Shown here: one piece after another, positions 1 through 10,782 of the stretch
How the letters are laid out: each line of letters opens with the position of its first letter
How positions within the stretch are numbered: position 1 is the first letter of the stretch
NCBI GenBank assembly: GCA_963742455.1
Contig: CAVULU010000008.1
Coordinates: forward strand, 10,593 to 74,592
DNA length: 64,000 bases
Direction: 5' to 3'
DNA from: an uncultured Acidobacteriaceae bacterium
GTDB lineage: Bacteria > Acidobacteriota > Terriglobia > Terriglobales > Acidobacteriaceae
The notes under the pieces: model-generated
What the model was told of the DNA's origin: nothing
What the model saw: only the letters and a program-made list of their open reading frames with translations
The model's database searches: none
Position numbers and translations under genes: made by a program

Positions 1-32
1 TTTGATATCCCTGATCCCAGGTCCTTGCTTTA

Positions 33-860
33 TCACCAGCTGTGCAGCCACTCTTCATCCTTCCCAATCCGCACCGGTGTGTTGAAGAGTTCACTCAGCT
101 TCGGGGCGGTCAGCATCTCCACACGGGGTCCGTCGCCCACAATGCGTCCGCCGCGCATCAGGATCACGCGTTCGATCTCCGGCAGAATATCGCCCAGATG
201 ATGCGTCACCAGCACCAACCCGGTTCCCTCCTGCGCCAGCCGCCGCAGTGTTTCCCTCAACTCGCGCTGCGCCGCCAGATCCAGCGCGTTCGAAGGCTCA
301 TCGAGCAAGAGTTGACGCGGCCGATGGACCAGCGCCCGCGCAATCAGGATCCGCCGTTTCTCGCCGGCTGACATCTCGCCCACCAGTTGATTCCCCAGGT
401 GTGCAGCCTCGATCCTTTCCAGCGCTTCCACCGCGCGCTCGCGCATTTCGTCCGTGACATGCAGATTCGGCCACAACGTCGATGCCGAGAAGAATCCCGC
501 AATTACGGCATCCAGTCCCGTAGTCACGGCGGTGCGCTCACCGGGCAACTCTGTTCCCATAAGGCCCGCAGCCACAATGCCGAAGTGCTTGCGAAGCTGC
601 GTCAGATCCCAGCGCTCGCGCCCGAAGATACGCACACGCATCCCCGGGCGCACGATGGGATAAATCTGGCATGTGATAGTGAAAATCAGTGTGGACTTGC
701 CGCAGCCATTCGGTCCGAGAATCGCAACATGCTCTCCCGAGCGAATCGACAGATTCACGTCGTGAAGGACAACTCGATCGCCGCGCGCCACATTTACATG
801 GGACAATTCCAGAAACTGTTCGTTATTACCAGCCGCTTCCTCGTTCCGGCTCTGCGCCAT
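33..860 (-). CDS. ABC transporter ATP-binding protein (ModF/YlmA-like), no adjacent permease in window
   Basis: Walker A GPNGCGKS, signature-like MSAGEKRR, Walker B LLLDEP, H-loop VTHH. Start placed at ATG 860 after GGAGG. Confidence 0.85.
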   Translation of the reverse strand: MAQSRNEEAAGNNEQFLELSHVNVARGDRVVLHDVNLSIRSGEHVAILGPNGCGKSTLIFTITCQIYPIVRPGMRVRIFGRERWDLTQLRKHFGIVAAGLMGTELPGERTAVTTGLDAVIAGFFSASTLWPNLHVTDEMRERAVEALERIEAAHLGNQLVGEMSAGEKRRILIARALVHRPRQLLLDEPSNALDLAAQRELRETLRRLAQEGTGLVLVTHHLGDILPEIERVILMRGGRIVGDGPRVEMLTAPKLSELFNTPVRIGKDEEWLHSW

Positions 861-954
861 TGATCCTCCCAAGCGCCCTCGTTTGTTAGATTAAATGGAT
901 TGACTCCTTTGTTTGGGTAAAGGCCCGGCGCACAAGATCCCCGCAATCAACTCA

Positions 955-2196
955 ATGAGCGACCTCTCTCAATTTGTGATTCCCCGCGGTTTCCGCTTCG
1001 GAGCGACCAAGGCCGGCCTCAAGCAGAGTGGCCGCACCGACTTCGCTTTGATTGTCGCCGATGCACCCGCATCTGCTGCTGCAGCTTTCACCGGCAATCG
1101 CGTCAAAGCCGCGCCGCTTCTTGTGGACGCTGAGCACCTCCGCGCCACCGCCGGCAAAGTCCGCGTGGTCGCCATCAACGCCGGCAACGCCAACTGTGCC
1201 GTGGGCCAGGCCGGTATCGACGCCGCCCTCGCCACTTGCAGGGCCGCCGCACAAACCTTCTCCTGCAAGCCCGAAGAAGTTTTGCCGTCTTCCACTGGGG
1301 TCATCGGCGTTCCCCTCCCTGCCGAAAAGCTGATCGCAGCACTGCCAGAACTTGCCAAATCCGTCGGCTCTGAGTCTGACCACTTTCAGCAGGTCGCTGA
1401 AGCCATCCTGACCACCGACACTGTCGAAAAGACCGCCTTCGCGCGCATTGAAATCTCCACACCCGAAATCGATGGTCCCGGCAAGATTCGCCAGGAAGTG
1501 CGCATCGCTGCCGTCTGCAAGGGCTCCGGCATGATTCATCCACAACTTGTACCGCATGCCACCATGCTGGTCTACATCCTCACCGACGCCGCGATTGAGC
1601 CCACGACGCTCGACAGCTATCTACACGACGCCATCGACGTCAGTTTCAATCGCATCTCAGTCGACGGCGATACCTCTACCAACGACACAGTGCTTCTGCT
1701 CGCCTCGGGTGCCAGCGGCGCTATCGTCGGCCCCAGCAATTCTGAATTTGCCATGGCTCTCACCCAGGTCTGCAGTTCGCTCGCGCGACAGATTGTGGCG
1801 GACGGCGAAGGTGTTTCGCACGTGGTCGAACTCCGGATCGACGGCGCCGTTTCCGACGGCGATGCCCTCCGCGTCGCCAAAGCCATCGCTCATTCTCCGC
1901 TCGTGAAGACCGCGTGGGCCGGCTGCGATCCCAACTGGGGACGCCTTATGGCCGCGATCGGCTACTCCGGCGCTGCAATCGATCCCGAAACCATCGACAT
2001 CTCTTTCGGTGAACTGCCCATCTGCCGTAATGGAGGCCGCGCACCCGAATACGACGAGAACACTGCCCATGCTTACATCCAGCAACCCGAGTTCTCCATC
2101 ACCATCGATCTCCGCCAGGGCGATGGCTCCTGCAAATTCTGGACTACCGATCTGACCCACGAGTACATTCGCATCAACGCCGATTACACCACGTAG
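955..2196 (+). CDS. argJ: Bifunctional glutamate N-acetyltransferase / amino-acid acetyltransferase
   Basis: GNANC, STGVIG, KGSGMIHP..ATML, DGDTSTND, DGEG, DPNWGR and terminal INADYTT motifs. Start moved to ATG 955 (ORF track begins at 913). Confidence 0.95.
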   Translation: MSDLSQFVIPRGFRFGATKAGLKQSGRTDFALIVADAPASAAAAFTGNRVKAAPLLVDAEHLRATAGKVRVVAINAGNANCAVGQAGIDAALATCRAAAQTFSCKPEEVLPSSTGVIGVPLPAEKLIAALPELAKSVGSESDHFQQVAEAILTTDTVEKTAFARIEISTPEIDGPGKIRQEVRIAAVCKGSGMIHPQLVPHATMLVYILTDAAIEPTTLDSYLHDAIDVSFNRISVDGDTSTNDTVLLLASGASGAIVGPSNSEFAMALTQVCSSLARQIVADGEGVSHVVELRIDGAVSDGDALRVAKAIAHSPLVKTAWAGCDPNWGRLMAAIGYSGAAIDPETIDISFGELPICRNGGRAPEYDENTAHAYIQQPEFSITIDLRQGDGSCKFWTTDLTHEYIRINADYTT

Positions 2197-2242
2197 CATC
2201 TAACCGAGTTGCAGCTCGCTCGATCAGGTACAACCGTTTACC

Positions 2243-3217
2243 ATGGCCAAAATCGTCAAGTCAAAATCTGAACGCAAGGCAAAGCCAAAACTGGAGCCGG
2301 AGACGTTCTCCCTTATCTCGAGTGAGAAGCTGCTCGCCATTTATTTCGCGATGGTCAAGTGCCGCATGTTTGAGCAGCGCGCAGCGTCACTCTTCCAATC
2401 AGGCAAGCTCGCCTCCGACCTCCACGCATCCTCCGGCCGCGAAGCCACTTCCGCCAGTCTCGCCATTGATCTGCTGCCCAAGGATACACTCAGCCTTTCG
2501 CCGGGCGATTGGCTCCCCGCATTTGTCAAAGGCACCACACCCGAAAACCTGTTCCGAATACTGGCGTTCCCATCCTCCCAACTCAATGGCAAATCACCTT
2601 CCCCTCTTTCCGAGCTTGAGCAGAAAGACATTTTCGCTCTCGATGAAGGTCACCGACCCGAATTTGTTTGTGAGCGCGCTATCGCAGCGCAAGCTGCCAA
2701 GGAGGGCGCGATCATCGCCGCCATTCTTCCATCAGCCGAAGAGTTGATTCAGCCATGGCACGGCACGATGGCCGCGGCTGCGTCCAAAAGGCTCCCCATC
2801 GTATTCGTCCATCACGTTGCTTTGGTGCATCGAGTCGCGGCCGCAAATCAGTCGGATAAGCCTCCAGCCAATGGCAAAGCAAAATATCCTGATGCCCTCG
2901 TTCACGGAGTACCGGCGATCGCCGTTGACGCTTACGACGCAGTGGCGGTATATCGCGTCGCTTACGAGGCCATCGTCCGCGCGCGCCAAGGCCGCGGTGC
3001 AACCTTGCTTCAGTGTTTTACTGACCCTGGCGCGGCAACTGCCACAAGAGGAAACGTCGGCCATTTGTCTGTCGAACATCTCCCGACAATCGATCCTGTT
3101 TCCTCGATGGAAAACTACCTCCTGCGCAGAGGCATCGAATCAAAGCAGCATATCCCCGAGATTGTCGCGACCTTCAATCGCGATCTCGACCTAGCTACCC
3201 GATTTCTTAATTCGTAG
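2243..3217 (+). CDS. 2-oxoacid dehydrogenase E1-alpha-like protein, degenerate (ThDP motif lost)
   Basis: N-terminal MVKCRMFEQRA..LFQSGKL..LH..SGREA and C-terminal VDAYDAVAVY..AYEAI.RARQGRGATLL match the E1-alpha pattern. The GDG..N motif and the RxxGHS loop are absent. Confidence 0.7.
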   Translation: MAKIVKSKSERKAKPKLEPETFSLISSEKLLAIYFAMVKCRMFEQRAASLFQSGKLASDLHASSGREATSASLAIDLLPKDTLSLSPGDWLPAFVKGTTPENLFRILAFPSSQLNGKSPSPLSELEQKDIFALDEGHRPEFVCERAIAAQAAKEGAIIAAILPSAEELIQPWHGTMAAAASKRLPIVFVHHVALVHRVAAANQSDKPPANGKAKYPDALVHGVPAIAVDAYDAVAVYRVAYEAIVRARQGRGATLLQCFTDPGAATATRGNVGHLSVEHLPTIDPVSSMENYLLRRGIESKQHIPEIVATFNRDLDLATRFLNS

Positions 3218-3308
3218 TCCAACTTATCGTAGCTTCGTTTTTTATCTATCTTCCGGGTAATAGAGGACATAGCAGGCCCCGGACCAACCTGAATGGTAAA
3301 GTGAGGAA

Positions 3309-5159
3309 ATGATCGTCAGTAAACGAGCAGGCATTGTGTCTGTCATCTCAAGTGCGATCTTGCTGGCAGCTTTAACCAGCTTCAATCCAACCCCACTTGC
3401 AGCCGAGACGCCCGGAGCCGGCGAAAGCGCGGCGCAAACACCCTCAGACCCGAGTCGCCCCGTTCCGGTCTGTGAGCCCTCAGCGCTGGATTCCCCCTAT
3501 ATTCCAGTTGACAGCTGGGTCTATCCCGCGGTCTTGCGCCTATACGGCCTCGGCTACATCGATACCGTTTTTATCGGAATGCGTCCCTGGACCCGCGCGG
3601 CACTCGAGCACATCGTCGAGCAGGCCGGTGCACGTATCGATGACGCGCAGGATTCCAACGATCCCGCTTTAGACCAGGCACAGGAAATCTACGAAGCACT
3701 CGATCGCGAACTGCATCCCGACATGGAGGGCCCCTGCCGCTCTTTCAGAGGCAAGGCACGCGTTGAATCCGTCTACTCCACCCTGCGCCCGATAACCGGC
3801 ACTCCGCTCAATGACAGTTTTCATCTCGGCCAGACAATCATCAATGATTACGGCCGACCCTACGAGGGTGGATTTAACAACTACAGCGGTGCAAGCGGCT
3901 ATGCATCGGCCGGCCGCTTCACGGCCTATGCGCGCGCCGAGTTGCAATTTGCCCCATCGGCTGCAGGATATTCAACCCTGCTGGCACAGACCCTCTCCGA
4001 CGTCGACGAGATCCCGTTCCTCGATCCTGCCACCGGCTTGCCCCTCAATCAGCCCACCATTCCAATGGGTCCCATTGGCAGCATCGCACGCGCCCGCGTC
4101 ATCGAGGCCTACGTTTCGGCAAACGTGCTAAATAATGAAATCTCCTTCGGCAAGCAGGACGCATGGCTTGGGCCTGGACTTGGCGGCTCTTTTGCCTACT
4201 CTAACAACGCTGAAAATATCTATTCATTTCGCATCAATCGCGTCGAGCCTCTGCACATCCCCGGCCTCTCCTATCTCCTCGGCCCGTTTACTTACGACTT
4301 CCTCGTCGGGCCTCTTCAGGGCCACACCGCTCCAGCAGACCCGTGGGTTCACGTCGAAAAAATCGCCTTCCGCCCAACCGAGAATCTGGAATTCGGTTTT
4401 TCGCGCACGGTGATCTGGGGCGGCAAGGGACACGTCCCCATCACGCTGCATAGCTTCCTGAAGAGCTTCTTCAGCTTCCAAAACGTCTCAGCCGCTGAGA
4501 AATTCAGCCGCAACGATCCCGGCGCGCGTTTTGGAACATTCGACTTCTCCTATCGCCTGCCCTACCTGCGCAATTGGCTCACCCTTTACGCCGACGGCGA
4601 AGTGCATGACGATATATCTCCCGCCGACGCACCGCGACGCGCGGCATGGCGCCCAGGCCTCTATTTGTCACATGTGCCCGGCTTACCCAAACTCGACATC
4701 CGGGCTGAAGCTGTGGATAGCGACCCGGTGGTGCGCACCAGCAATGGCGGCCACTTCATGTATTGGGAAGTTGTCCAAACCCAGGGCTACACCAACAACG
4801 GTCAGCTGTTTGGGGACTGGGTCGGCCGCGAAGACAAGGGCGGCCAAGCCTGGATCACCTGGCACCTCAGCGGCAATGAATGGCTCCAGGGCGGCTACAG
4901 AAATCAAAAAGCCGCGAAGGACTTCATCCCCGGCTCGACCACGATTACGCAACCCGGTACCCCCTATCTCATCGACGGCGGCACCACTATCAACGACATC
5001 TATTTTCAGGCCGTCAAGCGCATCCGCAAGGACTTCGAGATCAACGGGACCTTCGCGTTTGAACACTGGAAGGTCCCAATCTATCTTCCCGGCCAGCAAA
5101 CGGTGACCACCACTACCATCAAGCTAACCTGGTATCCGGAACGCAAGGCCAGCTTCTGA
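3309..5159 (+). CDS. Capsule assembly Wzi family outer-membrane protein
   Basis: Signal peptide, YIPVDSWVYPA, W.GPG..GS..YSNNAE, FSRTVIWGG, PG.YLSH.P, beta-rich C-terminus ending in F. Confidence 0.8.
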   Translation: MIVSKRAGIVSVISSAILLAALTSFNPTPLAAETPGAGESAAQTPSDPSRPVPVCEPSALDSPYIPVDSWVYPAVLRLYGLGYIDTVFIGMRPWTRAALEHIVEQAGARIDDAQDSNDPALDQAQEIYEALDRELHPDMEGPCRSFRGKARVESVYSTLRPITGTPLNDSFHLGQTIINDYGRPYEGGFNNYSGASGYASAGRFTAYARAELQFAPSAAGYSTLLAQTLSDVDEIPFLDPATGLPLNQPTIPMGPIGSIARARVIEAYVSANVLNNEISFGKQDAWLGPGLGGSFAYSNNAENIYSFRINRVEPLHIPGLSYLLGPFTYDFLVGPLQGHTAPADPWVHVEKIAFRPTENLEFGFSRTVIWGGKGHVPITLHSFLKSFFSFQNVSAAEKFSRNDPGARFGTFDFSYRLPYLRNWLTLYADGEVHDDISPADAPRRAAWRPGLYLSHVPGLPKLDIRAEAVDSDPVVRTSNGGHFMYWEVVQTQGYTNNGQLFGDWVGREDKGGQAWITWHLSGNEWLQGGYRNQKAAKDFIPGSTTITQPGTPYLIDGGTTINDIYFQAVKRIRKDFEINGTFAFEHWKVPIYLPGQQTVTTTTIKLTWYPERKASF

Positions 5160-5306
5160 TCTGAGCCTGAATCATCGATTGCGGACTATGTGTTCAGGGG
5201 GACTTCCGAGATGGCGGACATGGTTCAACCCCAGGTCTCAAAGGCGGGATCTGAATGCATCGAGGCTTGTTGTCATCCGGAAGAAGGCAACGGAAGTTCT
5301 TCCTTC

Positions 5307-7724
5307 TCACTCTTCCCGCATCAGCTTCACCGGATTGACCGCCAGCGCTCTTTGGGCTGGAATCCACGCAGCCAGCAGCCCCAATGCCAGCATAGTGAAA
5401 ACCACTCCACCTAGCACCACCGGATCGTTCGGTGAGGCCTGATACACGATGAACGACAGCACTTTCGTCCCCAAAAGTCCCAGCACCAGTCCAGCTGTCG
5501 AACCCAACGAGAGCAGAATGAACGAACGGCCGAGTGCCGTTTGAAGCACCTGCTTGCGCCGCGCCCCCAGTGCCATGCGAATTCCGAGCTCGCGCAGACG
5601 TTTGCTCACGGTATACGAGGCCATGCCGAAGATCCCGGTCACTGCAAGCATCGCGCCCAGGAGCCCGAGAACACCCAGCGCCACCGATGCCACACGTGCG
5701 GCAAACATTGCTGAACCCATTTCCTGGCTCCACGCCCTCACTGTGACAGGCATGGCTGCATCAAGGCCGTGCAGAGCCTTTTCAAGCGCCACGGAGATTT
5801 CCTGCGGATCGCGATTTGAACGCACCAGCAGCCAAGTGTTGCTCGACGGCTGCTGCAGAAATGAGAAGAACATCGCCGGCAGTTGATCCTCGGTGAGTGT
5901 CCGGTATTTTCCGTCTTCCACCACGCCCACCACTTCGGCCCGCTGTCCGCCATTGAACTTGAAATGCGCGCCAATCGCCTTGCTCACCGATCCAAAAACC
6001 TTGATGGCGAATTGTCGGTTGACGAGGGCCACTTTTGGCGCCTTCGCGTCGTCTCGCATCGTCAGGTCTCTGCCCGCGAGCAGGTTGGTTCCTGCGGCTG
6101 CGATGTAGCCAGGCGAGACGTGGTAATTCATGGCGTCGGCGGCTTCATTGGTCGGCCGGAAATCGGTGGTGCTGTCCTGGTACACAAACGAGTCGCCTCC
6201 CTCCAAGCCCAGCGGCAAGTGGTCGATATAGCCAATACTCGTCGCGCCCTGAATGGCTACTGCCGCATCCAGCATGCGGCGTTGCATCTGCTGCACCCGT
6301 TCGTCGGTGTATCCCGACATATGCAGTTCCGTCCCGGCAAGCATCACGTTCTGTGGCACAAATCCGAAATTGCTATGCATTGATCGCGCCAGTCCGCGCA
6401 CCGCTACCAGCGAAGACGTCACCAGCACCGAGCAAATCGCAATCTGCACGGCCAGCAAAACATCGCGCAGCGTGAAGCGCCTCAAGCCGCCAACGCCGGC
6501 CGCGCCGGTTCGAATCACCTGCCACGGATCGGCGCGTAATACCTGGCGCACGGGCACCATTCCAAACACCAGGCCGCTTGCCAGCGCCAACAATAGCGCC
6601 ACCACATACGTGCCCGCATCCGGATTCACGGGTACATTGATCGGAGTATCCGGAATTGGCTGCCATGTACTCAGGAAGCGCAGAATTACGACGCCTGCCG
6701 CCAGCCCAATCGCTCCCCCAGCCAGGGAGACCAGCACCGCCTCCGTCAGCATCTGCCGCAGAATCATTCCGCGCTGCGATCCCAGCGCCAGCCGCAGAGC
6801 CGTCTCCTTGGCACGATCCGCCGCGCGCGCCGCAAACAAGCTTCCCAGGTTCGCGCACGCGGCAAGCAGAATCAGCGCCGCCAACAGCATCAAGCCAGCC
6901 ATGAACGCCCGCGCCGGTCCACCCAGCACGTCCCCGATCAGTCCTGGCCGTGCCAGCGTGAATTTCACACCATCGTCTGCTCCGGGATAGGTTTTGGAGA
7001 GCCACGCGCCAACAGTATTCAGATCCTCCGTCGCCTGCGCCGGGCTCACTCCCGGTTTCAGCCGCCCCACCACCCACGCGCCGTGATTGCCTCGCTGGTT
7101 CAGTTGGTCATAGCCTTCGATCGTGGGCTGCTCCACCATCGGAATCCACATTGCCGGCGCAAAGAAGAGCTCTGTGCCCCGAAACTCCGGGGGTGCCACG
7201 CCGATGATCGTAAGTTGGTGCTTGTTCACTCCCACCGCTCGCCCAACTACACTGGCATCGCCATGAAAATGTCCATGCCAGTAGGCATAGCTCAGCACCA
7301 CATAGGGAGCGCTGCCGGGCCCCTTCTCATCGCTCGCGTGATAGAAATGCCCCAGGTAGGGCCGAATTCCCAAGGCGTCAAAATAGTTTCCGCTCGCCAG
7401 ATATGGCCACGCTGTCGACGGACCTCCGCCGGTATCGACCCCTACCGGCCCCAGAATCTGGCTCATCACCAAGCTCTCGAAGGTGCGGTTCCGGTCGCGC
7501 AGATCTACATAATCGAGATACGACTGCGACGGATACTGAAAGCGCTGCACCATGTAGAGATTCTCTACATTCGGGACCTTCACGGGATGCAGCACCACCG
7601 CGTTCACCACACTGAACACTACAGCGTTCGCGCCAATGCCAAGCGCGAGCGTCACAATTGCTGTCAACGCAAATCCCGGAGACTTCCACAATTTTCGAAA
7701 CGCAATTCTCAGATCTGTAGTCAT
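5307..7724 (-). CDS. ABC transporter permease, ADOP (MacB/FtsX duplicated) family
   Basis: [35 protein letters not shown] start, two MacB-PCD/FtsX halves, LRLALG and [11 protein letters not shown] motifs. Confidence 0.92.
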   Translation of the reverse strand: MTTDLRIAFRKLWKSPGFALTAIVTLALGIGANAVVFSVVNAVVLHPVKVPNVENLYMVQRFQYPSQSYLDYVDLRDRNRTFESLVMSQILGPVGVDTGGGPSTAWPYLASGNYFDALGIRPYLGHFYHASDEKGPGSAPYVVLSYAYWHGHFHGDASVVGRAVGVNKHQLTIIGVAPPEFRGTELFFAPAMWIPMVEQPTIEGYDQLNQRGNHGAWVVGRLKPGVSPAQATEDLNTVGAWLSKTYPGADDGVKFTLARPGLIGDVLGGPARAFMAGLMLLAALILLAACANLGSLFAARAADRAKETALRLALGSQRGMILRQMLTEAVLVSLAGGAIGLAAGVVILRFLSTWQPIPDTPINVPVNPDAGTYVVALLLALASGLVFGMVPVRQVLRADPWQVIRTGAAGVGGLRRFTLRDVLLAVQIAICSVLVTSSLVAVRGLARSMHSNFGFVPQNVMLAGTELHMSGYTDERVQQMQRRMLDAAVAIQGATSIGYIDHLPLGLEGGDSFVYQDSTTDFRPTNEAADAMNYHVSPGYIAAAGTNLLAGRDLTMRDDAKAPKVALVNRQFAIKVFGSVSKAIGAHFKFNGGQRAEVVGVVEDGKYRTLTEDQLPAMFFSFLQQPSSNTWLLVRSNRDPQEISVALEKALHGLDAAMPVTVRAWSQEMGSAMFAARVASVALGVLGLLGAMLAVTGIFGMASYTVSKRLRELGIRMALGARRKQVLQTALGRSFILLSLGSTAGLVLGLLGTKVLSFIVYQASPNDPVVLGGVVFTMLALGLLAAWIPAQRALAVNPVKLMREE

Positions 7725-7947
7725 GATGGCTGCCCTTGGAATCAACTACGGCTTCACCCGGAATACAGTTCCATTGAATTTAGTCAGGGGCTCTCGCAGT
7801 TCCGAACGTTTACTGGCCTCTCAAGTACCACAGGCATCGAATCGATCGTGTACCGTTCGCGCCGGTGAGTATTCGAGACTCGGTGCTCAAGGGCAGAAGA
7901 CTAAGCCGCTTTATTCGGGGGAGCAGGGATGGAACAAGAGGAAGCCG

Positions 7948-8598
7948 CTAGTTCGCGCCTTGGGTTCCGGTTCCCTTTTGGCGTGTCAGCACATACGATT
8001 TGCGCCGGTCCTTCGACGCGTGGTCGATCTGCTTCCAGAACGCCACAAAGTAGTCGATTGCGGAGATGGTCGACACGAGCACGGTGAAATAGATCGCAGC
8101 GATGGCTATCCATTGCACCGGAATCACCAGCATGCCGAACTGCCACTGATACCAGCGGTGCGCCAGAACGGCAGAGACAACACAGACAATTTGCACCACC
8201 GTCTTGAGCTTGCCAAGTTCGCTGGCCTGGATCGTGAACCCCTCGGTCGACGCAATGGAGCGAAGGCCCGAGATGAGAAATTCGCGGGCAATGATGACCA
8301 CCACGATCCAGACCTTGACGACCTGCGGGTTATACGCCACCAGCGCGATCAGTGCCCCAGTCACCATGATCTTGTCGGCGATCGGGTCCAGCAGCATTCC
8401 CATCGTCGTGATCTGCGCTCGCTTGCGCGCCAGATACCCGTCGAGACCGTCGGTAATTGACGCCAGGACGAACAGAACCGAAGCCAGAATCTCCTGCTCG
8501 CCGTTCGGTCCCTGCAACGGGAAATGTGGCGAGAGGATCCACAACAGGAGTGGGATCATGGCGATCCTGCTCAACGTGATGGAGTTCGGCAGATTCAC
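7948..8598 (-). CDS. pgsA: CDP-diacylglycerol--glycerol-3-phosphate 3-phosphatidyltransferase
   Basis: MNLPNSITLSRI start; DGLDGYLARK....T.MG.LLDPIADK CDP-alcohol phosphotransferase motif; GKLKT. Confidence 0.93.
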   Translation of the reverse strand: MNLPNSITLSRIAMIPLLLWILSPHFPLQGPNGEQEILASVLFVLASITDGLDGYLARKRAQITTMGMLLDPIADKIMVTGALIALVAYNPQVVKVWIVVVIIAREFLISGLRSIASTEGFTIQASELGKLKTVVQIVCVVSAVLAHRWYQWQFGMLVIPVQWIAIAAIYFTVLVSTISAIDYFVAFWKQIDHASKDRRKSYVLTRQKGTGTQGAN

Positions 8599-8817
8599 GT
8601 TTTTCTCATCAATCCTTGTAGAGTCTTTCTGAAAATCATGCCCGTTTGAAGCCGGTTAATCGTGAATGCCGAAACTTTTGTACCTGCATGTGTCCCGGAA
8701 CAGGTACCACTACAACTATAGACCGCATCACTGGAGCGCCTCAAACAGCCTATGCCTGCTCGGGGTGGATCGCAGGGGTGGGTTGCAGACAAAGCGCTTC
8801 TGATTATTCCCGGCGAC

Positions 8818-9282
8818 TCACGAGATCTGCAGCTTCGACACCAGAACATCCAGAAACGGCTGTTGGCTCTTCAGGATGGACGATTTTGCCGCGGAAAGCG
8901 AGTACCATGCTCCGCGATCCACCTCAGGAATCTCGATCGTTCGTCCCGAACGGGGCGGCCATTCCACCTCGCAAAAGTTGCTGGTCAGCTTCCGCGGGTC
9001 GCAATCGCCTTCAAATGCCCAGGCGCTTACCAGTTTGCCCCCGGACTGTCTCACTGTGCCCAGATCGATGAATTCCCCATTCGCTTCGAACCCGGTCTCC
9101 TCGTGGAATTCGCGACGAGCAGCATCCAGGGGAAGTTCGCCATCAACATATTCACCCTTGGGAATCATCCACGCTCCGGCATCCTTGTTGGCCCAGAACG
9201 GACCGCCCGCATGCACGAGGAACACTTCAAACTGTTCGCCTCGGCGACGAAACATCAACAGGCCTGCGCTGCGCTTTTCCAT
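8818..9282 (-). CDS. NUDIX hydrolase
   Basis: W.IPKGEYVDGELPLDAARREFHEETG Nudix box; LLVH.GGPFW. Confidence 0.9.
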   Translation of the reverse strand: MEKRSAGLLMFRRRGEQFEVFLVHAGGPFWANKDAGAWMIPKGEYVDGELPLDAARREFHEETGFEANGEFIDLGTVRQSGGKLVSAWAFEGDCDPRKLTSNFCEVEWPPRSGRTIEIPEVDRGAWYSLSAAKSSILKSQQPFLDVLVSKLQIS

Positions 9283-9318
9283 TGGAATCAGTATATGTTC
9301 ACCCATCGTTTACCATGA

Positions 9319-10724
9319 GTGTCAATGCTCGCGCTCGATACACAACTGACCGCAAGCGAGGTGCTACGCGCATTCCATCGCGACGAGCCATTCCTATTTC
9401 TCGGGGCTGCATTTAACACGGTCACAATCATTCTTATCGGACTGATCATCATCCGCCGCCGATGGGATGGGCTGCTGCTGTCGCTCGCCTGGTTTGCTCA
9501 TCTCTACGGGCTACGGCTTTGGATGAACTCGAATATTCTGCAATTGACGATTCCACCGAGTGAGTTCTTCCATCGCTTCGCTTCGGCAGTGAATTACCTG
9601 GTTCCGATCCCGGCATTCATCTTCTTCCACTTTGCAGGATTTCTTGGAAAACTCGGCCGTATCATCACTCCAGTCTTCATCGTCCTGTTTTCCGGTCTCG
9701 TCGCGGCCACCCTGCTCTGGGGATCTTTATCGATATTCGGCACCATTAATAACCTGGTGATTGTCGCGGCTTTGATCGCTGTTCTGGTGCGTTCCTTTCG
9801 CAGGGGAGCGGGTGATCGAGATTCCCTGGTCGTCCGCGGAGGACTGATATGCTTTGTGGTTCCGGCGGTCTTTGACAATCTCTCTCCGATTCCGCGAATC
9901 GAGCCTTACGGCTTCGCAATACTGCTCGCTTGCCTCGGTTACGTGGCCGCGCGGCGTACCCTGCAACGTGACAAGGAACTGAGTGAGATTCAGCAGGAAC
10001 TCGATCTTGCGCGGCGCATTCAGCTCTCCATCCTTCCCGATTCCTTCCCCGCATCTCAATCATTTCGCGTCGCGGCAAAGTATGTACCGATGACTTCGGT
10101 GGCGGGAGATCTCTATGATTTTCTGCTTGCCGACGACCAGCACGCCGGGTTATTGATCGCCGACGTTTCGGGCCACGGAGTTCCGGCCGCGCTCATCGCC
10201 TCTATGGTGAAGATGGCTGCGATTTCGCAACGCGCGCAGGCTACACATCCAGCGGCTTTGCTGAGCGGAATGAATTCCGCTCTCTTTGGCAATACTCAGG
10301 GCCAATATGTAACCGCCGCATACGTGTATCTCGATGCTCCCGCGCGAGAACTTCACTACTCCGCTGCCGGCCACCCCGCCATGCTGCTCTTGCGCAGCGG
10401 CGCGGTAACGGAGATTTCTGAAAATGGGATGCTGCTGGCGGCAGTTGATGGTGCGAGCTACGAAAACAAGTCGCTACCACTGCAATCAGCGATCGACTGC
10501 TGCTTTACACCGACGGCCTGCTGGAAGCGCGCAATGTAGCCGGAGAGCTGTTTGGAGATCAATCTCTGGCCGCGGAACTGAAAACGAGTGCCCGTATGAC
10601 ACCCTCTGAGGCCGTCGATCACTTGATTGGCGCAGTGCAGCGTTGGGCCAAATCGCAGGACGATGATCTCACCGTACTCGTGTGCGATTTTATTGGCGAG
10701 CCGGAACAGGCCGCTGCGGATTGA
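9319..10724 (+). pseudogene. 7TM + SpoIIE/RsbU-type PP2C phosphatase, interrupted by a 1-nt frameshift near 10489
   Basis: About 7 hydrophobic segments, then ARRIQLSILP, GDLYDF, IADVSGHGVPAAL, AAGHP. The annotated ORF stops at 10539, but DRLLLYTDGLLEARN...QDDDLTVLV continues in another frame from 10491 to TGA 10722-10724. Confidence 0.85.
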
Positions 10725-10782
10725 TCGAAAACAGAACGGGCCGCCGAAGCGACCCGTTCTACCCAGGAATGGGGGCCCGAAA

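Noticed and set aside
10489-10500. Programmed ribosomal frameshift in the SpoIIE phosphatase
   Set aside because: There is no slippery heptamer or obvious stimulatory structure; an indel is the simpler explanation.
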